43,724 nt of DNA. It comes from a virus. Lineage: Duplodnaviria; Caudoviricetes. Shown one piece after another: positions 38,373 through 43,724 of the stretch (positions within the stretch are counted from its first letter, which is position 1; each line of letters starts with the position of its first letter). The stretch covers positions 1 through 43,724 of the IMG/VR virus record IMGVR_UViG_3300032303_002529. One strand, written 5' to 3'. The position numbers and the translations under genes are program-made. The notes below the pieces were generated by a model. The model did no database searches. It saw nothing but the letters and a program-made list of their open reading frames with translations, and was not told where the DNA came from.

Positions 38373-40226
38373 TTATACAATTTCACATAATCCTCCTCCG
38401 CAAGCAACGGAATCTGTTAGTGTTGTATCATCATCCATTTCAATTATCTTGGATAAATCAACATCTTTTAAGGTTTCCATTAATTCGTCATACTTTTCTT
38501 TTGTACAGTCCTCAAATGGTGCTTGTTTATAACTTCCAGAATCGTAGGGCAATACAGATAATCCATTGTAGTGTTCCCTTTCAGTCCACATCCATTCACC
38601 AACCGCAGGCCATTCGTGTTCTCTAACTGAAATAGTCGCCGAAACATTATGTGAATTACTTCCTGTTCTGTGTCCTGGTTTAATCCATTCCATATGAACT
38701 TTCTTAACTCTCTCCAATAATTGAATTGGTGATTCGTTTCTTAAAATTGAACCTTCAGGAGATTTCTGTGGAATACCAATAACCGAAGTGTCGTGTGGAC
38801 GGAAATACTCATCTTCAATAAGTTCAGGATGATTGTTTTTCAAATATCCGTAGATTGCTTCATTCTTTCCAACTCTAACTCTTCTAATGTAATAGTCATT
38901 ATGCCAAGCGTGAATACCTGATGATGTTCCAAGTGTTAATGAAGTAGTTCCCGCTGGTTTAACTGTAGTTGTTCTTGCCGCTTTGTTAATTCCTAATAAT
39001 CCCGAAACTCTTTCATTCTCAGCCTTTACAACTTTTGCACCTGTCTTCATATCCAAACCTAATACCGCACCTGAACCAATACCTGTCATTGACACACCAA
39101 TAAGTGCATCTTTTTCAGTTGTTCTTTGCCAAATTGGTCTTAAGTAATGGAAGTTTGTATATCCTGCTTGAAGTGTTCCGATAAATGTTGCAGCCTTAAT
39201 TCTAGCTTCATAATCTTCTTGATTAACAACATTTGAAACATTCACCTCGCAAAGATTACAGAATTGAAATGGTCTAAGTGCAATCTCACAACAAGGGTTA
39301 GTTCCCCAATCTTTATCATTTGTAAAGTAGATTCCCGGTTCACCCGCACCACTTGCTTCAATTCTTTTCCATAAGTCCATAAAGTAATCTTTGGTAATCT
39401 TATGTCTTACAAGAGCCGCTGAGTTATTTGCTCTTCCTCTTTGTGGGTTAGTTTCCCACCAAGCACCTGACTTACAACTAATCATCTCATCATCTGTTGC
39501 TGAGAATAGAGAGATAAGTGCCGCTCTTCTAATTCCCCCCGCCAATACTGCGTCGGCGATATGACAAACCATATCGTGAACCTCAATTGGTCTTAACCTG
39601 TCACCATCTTGTTTTGCTTCTAATATACCTTCCAATTTAATCAAACACTCTTTAAGTGGTTGAGGTCCAGGGGCTTTACCACCTGATGTCACAAGCCTTG
39701 CACCTTTTGCTCTAATGTCACTGAAATCAAATTCAATTTTTGAACCTCCAAAGAAATATGATTTAACCAACACTTTAACTGCGTCAGCCCATCCTTCAAT
39801 TGAATCAGCAACTAACCATCTTCTTGTTCTTTCATTTGGTTTTCTAATTTCAGGTAATTCATCTACGTGATGTTTTTGAACTGAATAACCAACACCTGTT
39901 CCGCCAAGCAACAAGAACATAATTTCTGAGAATACTCTCCAATCATCTACAGGGGCGTATGCACAGTTATATATTCTGTTCGGTGAAATCTCAATTGGTT
40001 TTCCTGCGAACTGCATTGACCTCATAGATGGTAATACTTGCTTGTTATAAACAAACTGATAATTGTCTCTTATCTCTTGTTCTAAATGGGGATACGACTT
40101 GATGTGCATCTCCATATTTCTTGTTACTAATTCGTACCAAGTTTCTCTTCTTTTTAACTCCGGCAAATACTTTGCGTATTTCATATACACTGTGATTTCC
40201 GAGAGAATTCTGTTTGAAATTTCCAT
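38373..40226 (-). CDS. nrdJ: class II adenosylcobalamin-dependent ribonucleoside-triphosphate reductase (monomeric RTPR type)
   Basis: LPSMRSM, YNC, GTGVG, GGIRRAALI, GTNPCCEI, VKPAGT and C-terminal CGGGLC; no beta-subunit gene adjacent. Confidence 0.92.
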   Translation of the reverse strand: MEISNRILSEITVYMKYAKYLPELKRRETWYELVTRNMEMHIKSYPHLEQEIRDNYQFVYNKQVLPSMRSMQFAGKPIEISPNRIYNCAYAPVDDWRVFSEIMFLLLGGTGVGYSVQKHHVDELPEIRKPNERTRRWLVADSIEGWADAVKVLVKSYFFGGSKIEFDFSDIRAKGARLVTSGGKAPGPQPLKECLIKLEGILEAKQDGDRLRPIEVHDMVCHIADAVLAGGIRRAALISLFSATDDEMISCKSGAWWETNPQRGRANNSAALVRHKITKDYFMDLWKRIEASGAGEPGIYFTNDKDWGTNPCCEIALRPFQFCNLCEVNVSNVVNQEDYEARIKAATFIGTLQAGYTNFHYLRPIWQRTTEKDALIGVSMTGIGSGAVLGLDMKTGAKVVKAENERVSGLLGINKAARTTTVKPAGTTSLTLGTSSGIHAWHNDYYIRRVRVGKNEAIYGYLKNNHPELIEDEYFRPHDTSVIGIPQKSPEGSILRNESPIQLLERVKKVHMEWIKPGHRTGSNSHNVSATISVREHEWPAVGEWMWTEREHYNGLSVLPYDSGSYKQAPFEDCTKEKYDELMETLKDVDLSKIIEMDDDTTLTDSVACGGGLCEIV

Positions 40227-40279
40227 TTTTAATTCTTTTTGTTTTTTATAAAAAATCCGTGATTTTAATATTAAATATT

Positions 40280-40300
40280 GAGCCGCTTGGTTTGCGGCTC
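40280..40300 (-). terminator. GC-rich hairpin between helicase and RNR (terminator or regulatory)
   Basis: GAGCCGC-N7-GCGGCTC, followed on the minus strand by a TATTTAA variant (40271-40277); weak U-tract. Confidence 0.55.
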
Positions 40301-40354
40301 ATAATTTTGTTAAAAAAAATAAAGTTTTTTTGTGAAAAAGTAGATATTTAATAC

Positions 40355-41737
40355 TTAATTATTTTGAGTATTTTGCTCTCTTTGTTTCCTTTTCTCCATC
40401 AATTCTTTAACTCTGTCTTTTTTTCTTTCTTCTTGTTGTTCTTCAAATCCTAAGAATGTTACTGATGTATCTATATCTATCTCAAGTAATTCATTATTAA
40501 ACTTACAATTCTCAAACACCACACCATCTTTACCCAATCTTGATTTTGTAATTGCAATTGTTGCCAAGTTCATTTCTTTCTGTTGGAGTGTTTTTGCAAT
40601 TGATATAATTACGTGTCCAACTTGTGCCTTTTTAATTGAACCACCCATTTGGTCTGTAGTTACAACCTCAGATGAAATTGAACTTCTATTACCTTGTGTT
40701 GCAGTCCATCCGACCAAATCAAGTTCGTGACACATCGCTTCAAATCCTCTCATAACCGAACCTTCAGCTTTCCACTCATCTTTACTTGATGATTCAGGTG
40801 TAACACAATCAATGTAATCCAACATAATCAAATCAATCTTATTTCCATCTGCAATCATCTTTCTTACCATATTCTTTATTTGAGACATATTGTAAGTGTC
40901 TGAAGCTAATTTCTGTAAAACTAATCTGTTGTCCATTGAACTTTTAATCTCTTCGACTTTTGCAAGAACTGTTTCTTTGTGTTTATTAAGATTATCAGGT
41001 TCAATACCTGTCCATAGGGTAAAGTGTTTTCTTTGTACAATCTTTGGGTTGTCCTCAAAAAATATTTGTAAAACATTATATCCCAAGTTGTAAGCAGTAT
41101 TTGCGATTTTGGTTAAGATAGTTGTTTTACCAACACCCGTAGGAGCTAATATAACACCTATCTCACCCTTCGCAAGTCCACCCTTAAGTAGTTTATCAAT
41201 ACCGGGAATTCCCATAGGAATTGGATGTCTGTAATCCTCCTCAAGTACTGTATCAAGTCCTGAGAAGATGTCAGTAATTCCCGTATCAGTTTGTCCCACT
41301 TGTAAGGCATCCCTAACCAACCCTTCAACTTTGTCATAAGATTCAAAGTCACCTTCAGTAATTATTTTTTGAGCTTTCTCCATTGCTTTCTGTAACTCTT
41401 GTTGTTTACAGAATTTCAATGCTTTTTCTTGGACAAATAGTGTCCCTTCAAAAGGCGCATCTTTAACTTGTTTTAGTGTGTCCAAAACAATTTTTTGCAC
41501 CAATTCTTGTGATATTTCTGACTTGACTAATTGTTCTATCGTGTCAAAAGAAGGTGTTGATTCATACTTTTTGTAATACTCTTTTATGAGTTGGCTAATA
41601 ATTTTGAAATACTTGTTGTCGAAATAATTACCATCCAGGACATCAATTATAGTGTTTGAAAAGTTCTTGTCTACAATTAACTGATTAAGTAATTGTATCT
41701 GAAATGTGTTCCCTAAATAGTCAAAATTTTTCTTCAT
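40355..41737 (-). CDS. dnaB: replicative DnaB-like (SF4, T4 gp41-type) helicase
   Basis: Walker A APTGVGKT, FFED, Walker B MLDYID, WTATQGNR and KSR motifs. Confidence 0.92.
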   Translation of the reverse strand: MKKNFDYLGNTFQIQLLNQLIVDKNFSNTIIDVLDGNYFDNKYFKIISQLIKEYYKKYESTPSFDTIEQLVKSEISQELVQKIVLDTLKQVKDAPFEGTLFVQEKALKFCKQQELQKAMEKAQKIITEGDFESYDKVEGLVRDALQVGQTDTGITDIFSGLDTVLEEDYRHPIPMGIPGIDKLLKGGLAKGEIGVILAPTGVGKTTILTKIANTAYNLGYNVLQIFFEDNPKIVQRKHFTLWTGIEPDNLNKHKETVLAKVEEIKSSMDNRLVLQKLASDTYNMSQIKNMVRKMIADGNKIDLIMLDYIDCVTPESSSKDEWKAEGSVMRGFEAMCHELDLVGWTATQGNRSSISSEVVTTDQMGGSIKKAQVGHVIISIAKTLQQKEMNLATIAITKSRLGKDGVVFENCKFNNELLEIDIDTSVTFLGFEEQQEERKKDRVKELMEKRKQREQNTQNN

Positions 41738-41778
41738 AGTATTTGTTCGGGTAAACCCCTTTTATTAATAAATATCTT

Positions 41779-42231
41779 TTAAGTCGTGCGATAATCCAAA
41801 TATTCGTAAGATAATCTGTAATCTGAAAAGATGTCAGTGAGGCCTCTCAAGATTTCTTTCAGATATGGTCTTACATCAACCGTATACCTAACTTTTGGTG
41901 GAAACATTTTTCCGTCAAAAATTCTGTGACAAATTGTCTGTTCTCCCAACTTAACATACAGATTAAAATACTCAGCATCTTCTGTATAAGATGTGTTCAT
42001 AACTGCGGGGTCGTGAATGATTGCTTCCATATTGTCCATCATATAGACAACTGTTTTCATCTTCAATCCGTACAATAACGTGTCCTTTGTGTCCTTCAAA
42101 AACTCATAAAGTTCATACGAGTTCTTAGCCTTTGGGTTAAACCCTCTCACATTGAAAAATCTTTGTACAATGATGTTGTCATTCAATGTTAAAAGAAACT
42201 CAAGTTTCGTGCTGTCTTGTTCTTTGTTCAT
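41779..42231 (-). CDS. hypothetical protein
   Basis: 150-aa ORF in the replication cluster. Confidence 0.75.
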   Translation of the reverse strand: MNKEQDSTKLEFLLTLNDNIIVQRFFNVRGFNPKAKNSYELYEFLKDTKDTLLYGLKMKTVVYMMDNMEAIIHDPAVMNTSYTEDAEYFNLYVKLGEQTICHRIFDGKMFPPKVRYTVDVRPYLKEILRGLTDIFSDYRLSYEYLDYRTT

Positions 42232-42241
42232 ATTTCTATTT

Positions 42242-42430
42242 TTAATTGTGATTCGTTTTTGATGAAGTTTTATCTTCTTTATATGGGTAGTAACGAATTC
42301 CGTTTAGTTTAACAGATTCAACTGTGTGTCCCATTTCATTTTTTATTTCTATCTTCTTTAATGAGTTTGTACTGTAATAAATTCCATCAACAAAGATGGT
42401 CTCATCATCAATTCTTTTTAAACTGTTCAT
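42242..42430 (-). CDS. small hypothetical protein
   Basis: 62 aa, ATGA overlap with the exonuclease stop. Confidence 0.65.
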   Translation of the reverse strand: MNSLKRIDDETIFVDGIYYSTNSLKKIEIKNEMGHTVESVKLNGIRYYPYKEDKTSSKTNHN

Positions 42431-43419
42431 AATTTTCTTTTTTCCTTTCTTGTTAATTTTAAAAATGGTTTAAGGAAATTAACCCAAGCATTATCATCTT
42501 TCGGTAAGTACTTGAATAATCCGTCAGCCATCATCATCTTCATTAGATTTTTATATCCCCTATCCGTCGGGTCAATTTTTTGTTTATAAACTTCTTCAAC
42601 TAATACTTTTGCCTCATCTGTAATTAGGGGGTTTCCTAAATCAATTATTTTTAGATTTGTATTATAAAACTCTTCACCAAGTATACCATTTTTTGAGTGT
42701 CCAGTCAAAATTTTACCAATAATTTTTGGAACTTTCTTTTCCTGTCCGATAAGTTTGGCGTTCTCCAAAATTTCGGTTATACTGCAAGATTTCTCCTGTA
42801 ACATAGGAAATAACTTAACCAAAGTTTTTACACCAAGTCCATCAATACCAGAAATATTATCTGACGTATCACCAACAAACACCTTCGTCAGTAATACATT
42901 TTGATGGGGGATATTAACTTTATCAAGTAATATCATATCACCTAATTTATAGTATTCTTTCTTAATAGGATAGTAAATTTGGACTCTTTCTGATATGAGC
43001 TGTGTAAAGTCCTTGTCTCCTGAGAATATGGTTATATTCTCATCTAATGCAATCTTACAGTATTGTGCTATTAAATCGTCGGCTTCATTATTTGGAACTT
43101 CAACTTGTCTAACAAATACTTCTTCCAAGTATTGTTTAACTCTTTGTCTTTGATGGAGGTAGGATTCGTATTGTTCCTCACTCATCTCGTTTTTTCTTTG
43201 TACTTTATAGTTAGGATACATCTCTTTTCTAACCGATGTATTGGACTCGCTGTCCCAACAAACAATTACCTTGTCGTAATTGCTTTCCTCTAAATGTTTT
43301 CTGATTGTATTAATGAAATGATATATCCCACCGATATGCTCGTTCTTATTAAATAAATCCCTAACCCCATTATAACCTATCATATACAGGTTATTTCCAT
43401 CAATTAAAAGTGTCTTCAC
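42427..43419 (-). CDS. 5'-3' exonuclease / flap endonuclease (T4 RNase H / PolA N-terminal-like)
   Basis: LLIDGNN, YKVQR, EADDLIA, SGDKDF and GDTSDNISGIDGLG motifs; GTG start. Confidence 0.92.
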   Translation of the reverse strand: MKTLLIDGNNLYMIGYNGVRDLFNKNEHIGGIYHFINTIRKHLEESNYDKVIVCWDSESNTSVRKEMYPNYKVQRKNEMSEEQYESYLHQRQRVKQYLEEVFVRQVEVPNNEADDLIAQYCKIALDENITIFSGDKDFTQLISERVQIYYPIKKEYYKLGDMILLDKVNIPHQNVLLTKVFVGDTSDNISGIDGLGVKTLVKLFPMLQEKSCSITEILENAKLIGQEKKVPKIIGKILTGHSKNGILGEEFYNTNLKIIDLGNPLITDEAKVLVEEVYKQKIDPTDRGYKNLMKMMMADGLFKYLPKDDNAWVNFLKPFLKLTRKEKRKL

Positions 43420-43458
43420 TTAATCATTTGTGTGGTGATAAAATATTGTTTCTGATTA

Positions 43459-43487
43459 AGTATAGTTGTAAGTAATAGGTAAGTCAA
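43459..43487 (-). promoter_or_regulatory. candidate promoter upstream of the replication genes
   Basis: TTGACT-N17-TATACT on the minus strand. Confidence 0.45.
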
Positions 43488-43489
43488 TT

Positions 43490-43724
43490 TTATTTTTTTT
43501 CTTTACCATTTTCTTGAGTAGCATATTTAATACCCATAATTGTACCAACTATTGAAAAAGCGTTTGTTAAAAGGACACTAAACATATTACTCCAAGTTGA
43601 ACCAATAATTTGCGTTTCCTTTCCCATCACAATTGCCATCCAATAAAGAGAAGTTGTTACAAGACCCACACCTATTATTACCGATAATGCACATTTAACT
43701 ATTATTTTTATTAACTCACTTTGA
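43490..43724 (-). CDS. membrane protein, C-terminal part (two TM segments), partial
   Basis: Manual translation ...CALSVIIGVGLVTTSLYWMAIV...MFSVLLTNAFSIVGTIMGIKYATQENGKEKK*. Confidence 0.75.
   Translation of the reverse strand, partial: QSELIKIIVKCALSVIIGVGLVTTSLYWMAIVMGKETQIIGSTWSNMFSVLLTNAFSIVGTIMGIKYATQENGKEKK

Noticed and set aside
40227-40354. Cobalamin riboswitch upstream of nrdJ
   Set aside because: The gap is ~130 nt, very AT-rich, with one simple hairpin and no B12-box.
38373-41737. Inteins or introns in RNR or helicase
   Set aside because: Lengths and motif spacing are normal; no splice-junction or LAGLIDADG motifs seen.
313-43293. Numerous short plus-strand ORFs in the track
   Set aside because: They are antisense shadows of longer minus-strand genes, with no motifs or promoters. 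Only 19711..19893 is retained.
1-43724. Stop-codon reassignment
   Set aside because: Long conserved genes are intact in code 11, and TGA terminates genes at tight overlaps (e.g. 2514, 20098, 42427). TAG is rare, so it is not strongly tested.

Overview
AT-rich window from a large tailed phage, probably a contractile-tailed jumbo-type myovirus. Almost all genes are on the minus strand, densely packed and readable in standard code 11. Read right to left: a partial membrane protein, a 5'-3' exonuclease/RNase H, a DnaB-like helicase, a class II (B12-dependent) ribonucleotide reductase, a free-standing HNH-like gene and DUF5522. A ~30 kb virion block follows: gp25-like and gp6/J-like baseplate proteins, large structural proteins, then a cluster of modular Cys-rich, Pro/Thr-linker, SprB-repeat and PKD+DUF285 proteins. 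After it come a RuvC-like resolvase, a DNA primase, a signal-peptide G8/beta-helix protein and small accessory genes. A Bacteroidota host is inferred from six TTTG-N18-20-TAnnTTT(G/A) promoters, A-rich ribosome-binding regions lacking SD sequences, and host-type domains. Most notable non-obvious signals: a 130-nt tRNA-shaped RNA with ~80 nt replacing the anticodon/variable arms; a second promoter-like motif (TATTTAT, four times exactly 5 nt before ATG); an 85-bp duplicated promoter cassette; apparently near-complete GATC avoidance; and a shuffled-module adhesin gene cluster. All calls were made by eye from motifs, with no database searches.
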